Positions 18,883-27,888 of a DNA stretch of 64,000 nt are shown piece by piece. The position numbers and the translations under genes are program-made. This DNA is from Acidobacteriota bacterium (GTDB lineage: Bacteria > Acidobacteriota > Thermoanaerobaculia > UBA5066), in the NCBI GenBank assembly GCA_029567505.1, contig JAKPXO010000221.1, positions 8,166 to 72,165 of the forward strand. The letters run 5' to 3'. The notes below the pieces were generated by a model. It was not told where the DNA came from and did not search any database. It worked only from the letters and a program-made list of their open reading frames with translations. How positions within the stretch are numbered: position 1 is the first letter of the stretch; every line of letters begins with the position of its first letter.

Positions 18883-20277
18883 TCAGGCGATCGACTTCAG
18901 GAACTCGGCGTTCGTCTTCGTCCGGGTCAGCTTCGAGAGGAGGAGCTCCATCGCGTCCATCGGCTTGACCGACGAGAGGGCGCGGCGGAGCTTGTGGATC
19001 TTCGGCAGCTCCTCGGCCGTGTAGAGCTTCTCTTCCTTCCGCGTGCCCGAGGCCGGGATGTTGATGCAGGGGAAGACGCGCCGGTCGAAGAGGCCGCGGT
19101 CGAGGATGATCTCGCAGTTCCCCGTCCCCTTGAACTCCTCGAAGATGACGTCGTCCATCCGGCTTCCGGTGTCGACGAGGCAGGTCGCGATGATCGTCAG
19201 CGAGCCGCCGTCCTCGTGATTGCGGGCGCCGCCGAAGAAGCGGCGCGGCTTCTCCATCGTCCGCGCGTCGATGCCGCCGGAGAGGATCTTGCCGCTCCCG
19301 CGCTGCTCGTTGTTGTAGGCGCGGCTCATCCGGGTCAGCGAGTCGCAGAAGATGACGACGTCCTTCCCGATCTCGACGAGGCGCTTCGCCCGCTCGAACG
19401 TCGCCTCGGCGACGGCGATGTGGTGCGCGGCGTTCATGTCGGCGGACGAGGCGATGACCTGTCCGGTGATGCCGCGCTGCATGTCGGTGACCTCCTCCGG
19501 CCGCTCGTCGACGAGCAGCATGAAGATGATCACGTCGGGGTCGTTCTTCGCGATGGCGTTCGCCATCGTCTTCAGGAGGAACGTCTTTCCCGCCTTCGGC
19601 GGCGCCACGATCAGGCAGCGCTGGCCGCGGCCGAGCGGGACGACGAGGTCGAGGACGCGTCCCGAGTTCTCGTCGGCGGAGGTCTCCATCCGGAGGCGCC
19701 GGTTCGGGTCGATCGAGATCCCCTTGTGGAACTGGACGTACTTCGAACGGTACTCGGCCGGCGTCATTCCCTCGATCGAGAGGATCTTCTGGACCATCGG
19801 CCCCTTCGGACCGCGGACGAGGGCTTCGGCCTCGATCAGGAGGCCGTCCTCGAGATCCTCGCCCTCGACGAGGTACTTCGGCAGGAAGGGGTCCCCCTTC
19901 TCCGCGAAGAACGTCTCGGGCGAGACGACGAGGCCGGAGTGGTCTCCATGGAGCTTGACGAGGCCTCGGACGGTGACCGGAGGAGCCGCCTGGGGAGCGG
20001 GCTCCCGCCGCGGCGCCCCTTCGCCCGACGATTCGGCTCCGGGCGCCCCTTCCGAGCCGGCGGCCTTGCTGCGGCCGCGGCGGCGGCGGCGCCGGCGCCG
20101 TTTCCGCGATGGCTCGCCGGGAACGCTGCCTCCCTCCGAGGCGACGGCCTCCGTCTCGCCGTCGCCCTCGTCGAGGGCCTCGGCGTCGTCGTCTCCCTCC
20201 GGGAGCTCCTCGACGACCGTGGTCTCGACGGAAGGCCGATCCGCTTCTACGGGCTCTTTCGGGTCGAATTCGTCCAA
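18883..20277 (-). CDS. rho: transcription termination factor Rho with acidic/Arg-rich N-terminal insertion
   Basis: 464 aa; Walker A GKT, Rho Q- and R-loops, full RecA-like core. The N-terminal ~130 aa acidic segment plus [10 protein letters not shown] is typical of high-GC lineages. Confidence 0.95.
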   Translation of the reverse strand: MDEFDPKEPVEADRPSVETTVVEELPEGDDDAEALDEGDGETEAVASEGGSVPGEPSRKRRRRRRRRGRSKAAGSEGAPGAESSGEGAPRREPAPQAAPPVTVRGLVKLHGDHSGLVVSPETFFAEKGDPFLPKYLVEGEDLEDGLLIEAEALVRGPKGPMVQKILSIEGMTPAEYRSKYVQFHKGISIDPNRRLRMETSADENSGRVLDLVVPLGRGQRCLIVAPPKAGKTFLLKTMANAIAKNDPDVIIFMLLVDERPEEVTDMQRGITGQVIASSADMNAAHHIAVAEATFERAKRLVEIGKDVVIFCDSLTRMSRAYNNEQRGSGKILSGGIDARTMEKPRRFFGGARNHEDGGSLTIIATCLVDTGSRMDDVIFEEFKGTGNCEIILDRGLFDRRVFPCINIPASGTRKEEKLYTAEELPKIHKLRRALSSVKPMDAMELLLSKLTRTKTNAEFLKSIA

Positions 20278-20517
20278 GCTGACCTCCGGAACGGGCTGAT
20301 CGAGGCCGTTCCGTTTCCTGTGCGCCGCCCACGCGAGCGTTCAGCTCGGGCGAACGGCATTTCCTACTCGGTCCGAAGGGGGGAGGGCGGGTCGTGATCC
20401 TCGCGACTCCCTCGCCCGGCGCCCCGTTCACGCCACCCGCTTCCGCAGGGCCGCGCCGCGCCGGGCCAGACCCGGGAATGCTATGCCGGAAGGGAACCGT
20501 CCGTCAATTCGGCACCG

Positions 20518-21648
20518 TCAGCCCGTCGGGACGTCTTCACCTTCGGCCGGCCGGCCGCCGGGGGCCCGCAGAACGACCCGTCCTCCGGGCGACCAGATCC
20601 CCGGGATGAGCCGCTCGCATCGCGGGCACCTTCCTTCGGCGTCGATCCGGCGCGAGACGACCCGGAATCCCCGCCGCTCGACGAGCCGCTCGGAGCAGCC
20701 GGGGCAGACCGTCGTCTCGGCGTCCCCGACGCCCCCCGGCAGGTTCCCCGCGTAGACGTGCCGCAGGCCCTCCCCGCGTCCGATGTCGACGGCGCGAAGG
20801 AGCGTCGCGGCAGGCGTGGCCCGGACGTCGCCCATCCTGTAGTCGGGATGGAACGCGGTGACGTGCCAGGGCAGATCGGGAGAGAGCGTCGCGAGGAACC
20901 GGGCCGCGTCGCGGAGCTCCTCGTCCGAGTCGTTTCTCCCCGGCACGAGGAGCGTGACCACCTCCACCCAGAAGCCTCGCGCCACGAGCCCCGCCAGCGC
21001 GTCGAGGACGACCGACAGCCGCCCGCCGACCTCCCGGTAGGCGGCCTCCCGCATTCCTTTCAGGTCGACCTTGTAGGCGTCGACGAGGGGCCGGAGGAAG
21101 TCCAGCACCTCGGGCGTCGCGTGCCCGTTCGAGACGAAGCTCGTCAGGAGGCCCGCCCGGCGGGCCTCGACGAAGACGGCCGCCGCCCACTCGGCGGTGA
21201 TCAGCGGCCCGTTGTAGGTCGACGTGACGACCTGCGCTCCCGCCTCGAGCGCGGCGGCGACGATCCCCTCCGGGGTGGCCGGGCTCGGGTGCGCCCAATC
21301 ATCCGCATTCGGGTCGCGAAGCGTCTGGCTGATCTCCCAGTTCTGGCAGTACGGGCAGCGCAGGTCGCAGCCGAGCATCCCGAAGGAAAGCGCCGTCGAG
21401 CCGGGGAGTACGTGGAAGAACGGCTTCTTCTCGATCGGGTCGGCCGCGACCGAGGCCACGTATCCCCACGGCGCGCGGAGCTCGCCGTCGCGGACGAATC
21501 GGACCCGGCAGACCCCCTGCCCCCCCTCGGCGAGGAGGCAGCGGTGACCGCAGGCGAGACAGCGAAGCTTCCCGGTCTCCTCCCGGACGAGCGTCGCCTT
21601 CGCCGTCAGGCCGGCGAGGCGCTCGCGAACCGAGTCGGCTGGCGCCAT
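20518..21648 (-). CDS. AmmeMemoRadiSam-system radical SAM enzyme
   Basis: 376 aa; CDLRCPYCQNWEIS radical-SAM cluster motif; the N-terminal CLACGHRC and C-terminal CPGC...CPRC extra Cys clusters are characteristic of this family. Confidence 0.8.
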   Translation of the reverse strand: MAPADSVRERLAGLTAKATLVREETGKLRCLACGHRCLLAEGGQGVCRVRFVRDGELRAPWGYVASVAADPIEKKPFFHVLPGSTALSFGMLGCDLRCPYCQNWEISQTLRDPNADDWAHPSPATPEGIVAAALEAGAQVVTSTYNGPLITAEWAAAVFVEARRAGLLTSFVSNGHATPEVLDFLRPLVDAYKVDLKGMREAAYREVGGRLSVVLDALAGLVARGFWVEVVTLLVPGRNDSDEELRDAARFLATLSPDLPWHVTAFHPDYRMGDVRATPAATLLRAVDIGRGEGLRHVYAGNLPGGVGDAETTVCPGCSERLVERRGFRVVSRRIDAEGRCPRCERLIPGIWSPGGRVVLRAPGGRPAEGEDVPTG

Positions 21649-21709
21649 CGCCCTCCCATTCTAGGCGCGCCGACAGCGCCGGAACGGTTCCTGCATCCGA
21701 GCCGTTAGA

Positions 21710-24361
21710 ATGCGCCGCGTGACACGACTCTTCCGGATGGCCGCGCTCGCCGCTGGCGTCGCGGCGACGGCCCTTCCCCTCTTCGCCCAGACGCCGACGC
21801 CCACACCGACGCCGACTCCCACGGCGACGCCCACCCCGACGCCGATCCCCTCGACGACGATCGAAGCGTCGGTCGCCAGCCTCGGGATACCGAACGGCGG
21901 CCGGTACGACGCCTCGAACATGATCCTCGAGGCCGACGGCACCATCTGGACCGCCTCGGCGAACGAGAACGTCCTGGCGCGGATCTCGGCCGACGAGAAG
22001 AAGGTCCGGAAGTGGACCATGCCGCGCGACGCGGCGCCGAGCCATCTCCTGAAGGAGCCGGACGGGAAGCTCTGGGTCGCGCAGCTCGGCGGCTTCCAGG
22101 TCTCCCTGTTCGACCCGCAGACGGCCGAGCTGACGGAGTGGGCCGACGGGGCCCGCCGGCCGACGGCGTTCGTCCGGAAGGGCGACGGGACGCTCTGGCT
22201 CCCCGAGACGAACGGGACGCTCGCGAACTTCGACCCCGCCACGGGGACGTTCGTCTACTGGCGCTCGACCGACGCCGCGAACCCGATCTCGAGCCTCACC
22301 TACCCGTTCCTCGATGCCGACGGCTCGCTCTGGTCCGCCGACTTCCTCCGCGGCGCCCTCCTGCGCTTCGCGCCGGACGGGTCGAAGGTGACCCGCTGGG
22401 CGCTTCCGGACGCGACCGCCCAGCCGTCGAAGATCATCCGCGGCCCCGACGGCCACCTCTGGTTCTCCTTCTACGGCACGGCGCAGCTCGCCCGGTTCGA
22501 CCCGGCGACCCGGGAGCTGAAGCGATACGCAATCGGCGTCTTCTCCCAGCCGTTCGACATGAAGGTCTACAAGGACCGGATCGTCTACACCGAACAGCTG
22601 ATCGGGGAGGTCGGCGTCTTCGACCCGTTCGGGTCGACACCCGCGGCGACCGACACGCTCGAGGAGAAGGAGATCGTCCTCACCCAGACGACCGCGACGG
22701 TGGCGCCGACGAAGACGGTCCTCGAGACGGTCGAGCTGGACGTCGCCCCCGCCGACGCGGCCGCGGTGACGGGATCGGGCCTCCCCGGGCTCGCCCGCTA
22801 CACCGCCGTCTCCGGAGTCCCGTACGCCCTGGTCCTCGACGAGACGCGCAAGCGGTTCCTCGTCGGCGCCACGGCCGAGATCGCCGAGGTCCTCCCCCCC
22901 ATCCCCGCGTCCTTGGACGACCACTTCTTCCCGGCCGCCTCTTCGATCGGCGGCCGCGGCGGCGTGCGCTGGGCCACGCAGGTCGTGACCTGGAATCGCG
23001 GGAGCGCCGACACGGCCGGGGTCCGGGTCGACGCGACCGTGAACGAGCGACTCCTGCCGACGGACTGGATCATCGGTCTCTCCCCCACGGCGAACCTGAC
23101 GATCGGCCCGGGGAAGATCGTCTCCCAGGCCGACCCGATCGGGGAGGAGATGAAGGGGCCGGACACCTCCGGCGCGCTCCGGCTCACGTCGGGCGCGACG
23201 ACGACGCGGTTCGGCGACGTCCACTCGTGGATCCGCGTCTACCGGGCGCGCGACGACGGCGGGACGTACGGCTTCGCGCGGAACTACGTGAAGGGGGCCG
23301 AGGCCCTCGCGACCGGCGAGACCGGATTCCTCTTCACGCCGCCTGACGGAGGAGCCTCCCGCGTGAACGCGGGCCTCCTCGTCGTCGAGGCGGCCGAGGG
23401 GACGGTCTCGGTCGTGAGCGCCGCCGGCACTCCGCTCTCCGCCCCGTTCGCCTTCCGCTGGCCGGCCGGATACCACCTTCAGGCCTCGACGGTCTTCTCG
23501 GCCTTCGGAATTCCGCCCTCCCCGTCCGCCAGGATCGTCTACACCGTGGCGAAGGGACGCGTCCTGCCGTTCGGCACCTCGATCGACGCGGTGTCGTCCG
23601 ACCCGATCGACCTTCCCTTCTTCGGCCCGAGGGCCACGGCCACGAACCAGTGGGTGTTCGGCGTCGAGAGGGGCGGCGGCCCGCTCGGTCCGACGTCGCG
23701 CACCGACCTGCAGCTCTTCAACGGCGCGGCGGGCGACGCCTCCGTCTCGCTCGTCCTCCGCGCGGCCCGCCTCGCCGCTTCGCCCGGGGCCGCGCCTCCG
23801 GCGCGGGCCGTCTCCCTCACGGTCCCCGCGGGGAAGGTCGTCGCGCTGGACGACGTCGTCCGGGAGACGTTCGGCGTCGACGTGTTCGCCGGGTCCCTCG
23901 ACGTCGTCTCCGATCCGCCCGTCCACGCGTTCGCGCGGGTCACGGCCGCGGACGCGTCCGGCGGCCGCCACGGCTACGGCATGCCCGCCCTCCGCGCCGA
24001 CTCGACCGCCGCGGCCGGCTCGCGCGCCGTCTTCATCCAGGCGGCCGACGCCGGGTGGGACGTCATGGAGTCGGAGCTCCAGCTCACGAACCCCACCGAC
24101 ACGGCCGGCGAAGTGACGCTCCGGGCATTCGACACGGAAGGGGTCGCGGCGGGCGAGCCGGTCACGCTCCCGCTCGGCCCGAAGGAATCGGTGAGGGTCC
24201 CCGCGGCGTTCTATTCGCTCGCCGGCTTCGGCACGCCGATCGGCCGGATCGACGTCTCTCCGGTCGCCGGGTCGCAGCCCGTCTTCGCTCTCCTCGTTCG
24301 GCGGGACCAGAAGACCGGGGACGCGGACGCCGTCGTCCCGTACGTCGTCCCGGCGAGCTGA
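21710..24361 (+). CDS. large secreted protein: signal peptide, (PT)n linker, Vgb-lyase-like beta-propeller repeats, ~550 aa uncharacterised C-terminal region
   Basis: 883 aa; signal peptide; PTPTPTPTPTATPTPTP linker; six or more repeats of the form DGxLW...G...FDPxTxE; no recognisable catalytic motif in the C-terminal half. Confidence 0.6.
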   Translation: MRRVTRLFRMAALAAGVAATALPLFAQTPTPTPTPTPTATPTPTPIPSTTIEASVASLGIPNGGRYDASNMILEADGTIWTASANENVLARISADEKKVRKWTMPRDAAPSHLLKEPDGKLWVAQLGGFQVSLFDPQTAELTEWADGARRPTAFVRKGDGTLWLPETNGTLANFDPATGTFVYWRSTDAANPISSLTYPFLDADGSLWSADFLRGALLRFAPDGSKVTRWALPDATAQPSKIIRGPDGHLWFSFYGTAQLARFDPATRELKRYAIGVFSQPFDMKVYKDRIVYTEQLIGEVGVFDPFGSTPAATDTLEEKEIVLTQTTATVAPTKTVLETVELDVAPADAAAVTGSGLPGLARYTAVSGVPYALVLDETRKRFLVGATAEIAEVLPPIPASLDDHFFPAASSIGGRGGVRWATQVVTWNRGSADTAGVRVDATVNERLLPTDWIIGLSPTANLTIGPGKIVSQADPIGEEMKGPDTSGALRLTSGATTTRFGDVHSWIRVYRARDDGGTYGFARNYVKGAEALATGETGFLFTPPDGGASRVNAGLLVVEAAEGTVSVVSAAGTPLSAPFAFRWPAGYHLQASTVFSAFGIPPSPSARIVYTVAKGRVLPFGTSIDAVSSDPIDLPFFGPRATATNQWVFGVERGGGPLGPTSRTDLQLFNGAAGDASVSLVLRAARLAASPGAAPPARAVSLTVPAGKVVALDDVVRETFGVDVFAGSLDVVSDPPVHAFARVTAADASGGRHGYGMPALRADSTAAAGSRAVFIQAADAGWDVMESELQLTNPTDTAGEVTLRAFDTEGVAAGEPVTLPLGPKESVRVPAAFYSLAGFGTPIGRIDVSPVAGSQPVFALLVRRDQKTGDADAVVPYVVPAS

Positions 24362-24451
24362 GACGCCGCGCGGCCGGCCCTCGAGGAAAGGCCCCCCGGG
24401 CCCCCTCGCCCGCGAGGCGAGGGGGCCCTTCCCGTGGCTCCTTCCGGCGCG

Positions 24452-26128
24452 CTAGCGCGGCGCCGGTGCGTCCGCCGCCGCCGGCGGCGGCGCCCACGAC
24501 GTCTCCGGAGCGAGGACCCAGTTCCGGTCGGTCACCGGGTGGATCGTCCCGGCGCTCCGGAGCCGCTCGACGAGGAGGTCTCGGATCTCGTCGTTGTAGG
24601 CCCGGACGACGCGGGTGCCCCGGAGCGCCGCGTACCCTCCCGCGCCCTGCGCGCGATAGCTGTTCACCGCGAGGGTGAAGACGTCCTCGTCTCGGACCTC
24701 GCGGCCTCGATACCGCACCTCACGGACCCGCCTTCCGGCGGGAGCCGTGGGGTCGATCCTGTAGCTCACCCCCTGGACCACGTCGAAGTTGTACGGCCGC
24801 ATCCCGGCGCGGGGCGTCAGCAGGAGGCGGCCGTCCTTCCACTCCGCCGATTCGTAGAACGAGGCGGCGTGCTCGAGGAGCGCCCGGAGGCGCTTCCCGT
24901 CGACTTCCACGACGACGAGCTGGTTCTCGAACGGATAGATGGAGTAGACGTCGCGGACGGTGACCGGGCCTTCCTTCCAGCCGTCGTGCCGGTACGGGAG
25001 GAGCGACGTCATCGAGAGCTGCGCGCCCGTCGCGGCGAGCTGGGTCTCGTTGATCAGGTCGAGGAGCGCGGAGTCCTCGAGGCGGGCCCGGTCGGCCGGG
25101 AAGGGGCCGGCGGCGGTCGCGATCGGCTCGTCGAGGTAGGCCAGCGCCCGCTCGTGATGCGGGCGCGCGATCGCAGCGATCTCGGGGTCGACGGAGACGG
25201 TCCCGTCCGACGGGAGGAGCTCTCCGCGGGCCTCGACGACTCTCGCGATCCCCTTCGCGCGCTCGACGACGAGGTCGACCCGCGCGAGGACCTCGCCCCA
25301 GCGGCCGGGCTGCGTCACGGGGACGCCGTGGACGCGGGTGAGCGGGAGGCGCCGGTGCGAGTGCCCGGTGAGGATCAGGTCGATCCCCGGAACGGTCTTC
25401 GCGAGGCGGACGACGTGGTTCTCGTAGTCGGTCCCGTTGGCCTCTCCGGTCGCGGGGTCGATCTCGAGGCCGCTGTGGAACAGGACGACGACGACGTCAC
25501 ACCGCTCCCTCTGCCGCAGGAGCGGGACGAGGCGCGCCGCCGACTCGACGGGGTTCTCCCACTCGAGACCGGGCCGGTTCGCCTCCGGCTCCCACCCGGG
25601 GATGTTCGGCGTCGTCAGCCCGAGGACCCCGACCCGGACCCCGCCGAGCGTCTTCACGACGTACTCGGCGAAGGCGGGGCCTCCTCCCGCGGCGTGCCGG
25701 GTGTTCGCCGAGAGCCACGGGAAGCTCGAGTCCTTCTGCGCGCGGCGGAGCACCTCGAGCCCGAAGTTGAACTCGTGGTTCCCCACGGCCATGGCGTCGT
25801 ACCGGAGGGCGCTCATGGCGGCCGCCATGAAGTGCGGCTCCCCCTTCGGTCGCCGGGCCTCGAGCCAGCCGGCCGGCGCCCCCTGGATCGTGTCGCCACC
25901 GTCGAGGAGGAGGACGTGCTTCGAGCTCTTCCGGATCTCGCGCACGCGCGTCGCGACGCGCGCGAGGCCCCAGTCAGCCGCCTCTCCGCGCGCGTAGTTC
26001 CAGGGCAGGACGTTCGCGTGGAGGTCCGAGGTCTGGAGGACCGTGAGGGTCACCCGCTCCGCCGCGAGGGCGGGAACGGCGAGGACGAGGGCGAGGAGGA
26101 GGAGGAGAAGCGGGCGTCGGATGCTCAC
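24452..26128 (-). CDS. secreted bifunctional metallophosphatase / 5'-nucleotidase (UshA-like)
   Basis: GTG start at 26128 ([24 protein letters not shown] signal peptide); [14 protein letters not shown] metallophosphoesterase motifs plus a C-terminal 5'-nucleotidase domain. Confidence 0.85.
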   Translation of the reverse strand: MSIRRPLLLLLLALVLAVPALAAERVTLTVLQTSDLHANVLPWNYARGEAADWGLARVATRVREIRKSSKHVLLLDGGDTIQGAPAGWLEARRPKGEPHFMAAAMSALRYDAMAVGNHEFNFGLEVLRRAQKDSSFPWLSANTRHAAGGGPAFAEYVVKTLGGVRVGVLGLTTPNIPGWEPEANRPGLEWENPVESAARLVPLLRQRERCDVVVVLFHSGLEIDPATGEANGTDYENHVVRLAKTVPGIDLILTGHSHRRLPLTRVHGVPVTQPGRWGEVLARVDLVVERAKGIARVVEARGELLPSDGTVSVDPEIAAIARPHHERALAYLDEPIATAAGPFPADRARLEDSALLDLINETQLAATGAQLSMTSLLPYRHDGWKEGPVTVRDVYSIYPFENQLVVVEVDGKRLRALLEHAASFYESAEWKDGRLLLTPRAGMRPYNFDVVQGVSYRIDPTAPAGRRVREVRYRGREVRDEDVFTLAVNSYRAQGAGGYAALRGTRVVRAYNDEIRDLLVERLRSAGTIHPVTDRNWVLAPETSWAPPPAAADAPAPR

Positions 26129-26204
26129 GCGCGGCGGAGTCTTCCACCCGCCCCCGCCGGAATCAAGGCGCGGCGGGTGCCGCCCGGCGGTATCCTCCGC
26201 CGGC

Positions 26205-26939
26205 ATGCCCGTCCGCCCGAAGCCGAAGCCTGCGCCCGCGCCCGCGCCCGAGGTCCTCGCCCGTCTCCGGGCCGCGTTCCCCGGCGCGGACTGCTCGCTC
26301 GAGCACGCCGACGCCTTCCAGCTCCTCGTCTCGACGATCCTCTCCGCCCAGTGCACCGACGCGCGCGTGAACGCCGTGACTCCCGCTCTCTTCCGGGCGC
26401 TCCCGACGGCGGCCGCGATGGCCGCGGCCGGCCCCGAGCTCGAGGAGCTGATCCGCTCCACGGGCTTTTTCAACGCCAAGGCGCGCTCCCTCCGCGGCGC
26501 CTGCCGGGCGATCGTCGAGCAGCACGGCGGCGAGGTGCCGCGGACGATGGAGGAGCTGAACGCGCTCCCCGGCGTCGGGCGGAAGACCGCGAACGTCGTC
26601 CTCGGGAACGCGTTCGGCGCTCCCGACGGAGTCGTCGTGGACACGCACGTCGGCCGCCTCGCGCGGCGCCTCGGCTGGTCGGGCGCCACGGACCCGGAGA
26701 AGGTCGAGCGGGACCTCAACGCGCTCCTGCCGCGGGAGGAGTGGGTCTTCGCGGGGCACGCGCTCATCCTTCACGGTCGCCGGACCTGCACGTCACGTTC
26801 GCCGCGCTGCTCCGGCTGCCTCCTCGAGGAGATCTGCCCGAAGGTCGGCGTGACGTCCGCGACGAAGCCGGGCGTCGACAGGCAGGGGAGGCCGGGATCG
26901 CGGAAGCCCGGAGCGGCGCGCGCGGGGAGGAGACGTTGA
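26205..26939 (+). CDS. nth: endonuclease III (DNA glycosylase/AP lyase, [4Fe-4S])
   Basis: HhH-GPD ([13 protein letters not shown]), catalytic Lys/Asp, C-terminal CxxxxxxCxxCxxxxxC cluster. Confidence 0.9.
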   Translation: MPVRPKPKPAPAPAPEVLARLRAAFPGADCSLEHADAFQLLVSTILSAQCTDARVNAVTPALFRALPTAAAMAAAGPELEELIRSTGFFNAKARSLRGACRAIVEQHGGEVPRTMEELNALPGVGRKTANVVLGNAFGAPDGVVVDTHVGRLARRLGWSGATDPEKVERDLNALLPREEWVFAGHALILHGRRTCTSRSPRCSGCLLEEICPKVGVTSATKPGVDRQGRPGSRKPGAARAGRRR

Positions 26940-27532
26940 TGCTCCCGGGAAGCGGCTCGATCGAGGTCATCTGCGGCTCGATGTTCTCGGGAAAGTCCGA
27001 GGAGCTGATCCGTCGCGTCACCCGCGCGAAGATCGCCCGGCGCCGGGTCCAGGTCTTCAAGCCGAAGCTCGACGACAGGTTCTCGGAGGTCGAGGTCGTC
27101 TCGCACACCGGGATGCGGCTCACGGCCCTGTCCGTCGCGACGTCGGCCGAGGTCCTGGCCCGCACCGAAGACCGCACGGAAGTCGTCGGGATCGACGAGG
27201 CGCAGTTCTTCGACGCCGGGATCGTGGAGGTCGCGAGCCGGCTCGCCGACCTCGGCAAGCGCGTCGTCGTCGCCGGCCTCGACCAGGACTACCTCGGCCG
27301 GCCGTTCGAGCCGATGCCGACGCTCATGGCGCTCGCCGAGGAAGTCGTGAAGACTCGGGCCATCTGCATCCTCTGCGGAGGTCCCGCGAGCCGCACCCAG
27401 CGGCTCGTCGCCTCGAAGGAACGGGTCGTCGTCGGCGCGGCCGGGATGTACGAGGCCCGCTGCCGACGGTGCTTCGACCCGGGCGTCGTCGAGGTCGACG
27501 GGGTCCTTCCGTTCCCCGAAGAGAACGCCTGA
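26939..27532 (+). CDS. tdk: thymidine kinase
   Basis: [15 protein letters not shown]-loop, C-terminal CxxC...CxxC zinc ribbon; its ATG overlaps the nth stop (TGATG). Confidence 0.9.
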   Translation: MLPGSGSIEVICGSMFSGKSEELIRRVTRAKIARRRVQVFKPKLDDRFSEVEVVSHTGMRLTALSVATSAEVLARTEDRTEVVGIDEAQFFDAGIVEVASRLADLGKRVVVAGLDQDYLGRPFEPMPTLMALAEEVVKTRAICILCGGPASRTQRLVASKERVVVGAAGMYEARCRRCFDPGVVEVDGVLPFPEENA

Positions 27533-27840
27533 CGGCTCCGAAGACCTTCCAGCAAAGAGGCTTACCGCCTTTCCCAGACGAGCTGTGCATAAGCCTGTGG
27601 ATTCGGCTGTCGAAAAGTCCAGGAAGCCGCATCGGAAGCGGGCCGCGCACGGAATGCACTCCGGACGGTGCACGCACGTCAAGTATCTGCAACACAGGGA
27701 CTTGACACCACGCGAGAAATGTAAGGTCCGCGTGAAGCCGCTTCCGGAGCGGCCCGAAACGATTTACACAGGAGGGGGTTCGTTCTGGCAGCGGTTTTGC
27801 CGCGAAGCGAGGACCGCCGGTGGCCGGTTTCCGGGGCCGG

Positions 27841-27878
27841 CCGGCACCCGGAGCCCCCGAGGGGCTCCCGGGTGCCGG
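27841..27878. terminator. strong ~17-bp GC hairpin (CCGGCACCCGGAGCCCC-cga-GGGGCTCCCGGGTGCCGG), 10 nt beyond the stop of the convergent mutase gene and ~310 nt beyond tdk
   Basis: Near-perfect inverted repeat (one bulge) read from sequence, at the end of an AT-richer 355 bp convergent intergenic region. Confidence 0.55.
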
Positions 27879-27888
27879 CGCCGCCCGC

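Noticed and set aside
18725-24361. Minus-strand ORFs 18725-20431 (568 aa) and 21299-23971 (890 aa), and plus ORFs 18862-20397 and 22012-23346.
   Set aside because: They are alternative or antisense frames of rho and of the Vgb-like secreted protein, Arg/Gly/Asp-rich with no domain signatures.
24434-27532. 1032-aa plus ORF spanning 24434-27532.
   Set aside because: Only its last 198 codons (tdk, from 26939) are genuine. The remainder is antisense to the 5'-nucleotidase and out of frame with nth.
27533-27888. Attempt to assign the intergenic region to RNase P RNA, SRP RNA, tmRNA or 6S RNA.
   Set aside because: Partial resemblances (GAAAAGTCCAGGAAG vs the RNase P P4 strand; GTCCAGGAAGCCGCA vs SRP domain IV) are too weak, and the region is too short for RNase P. 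It is left as an unassigned candidate.
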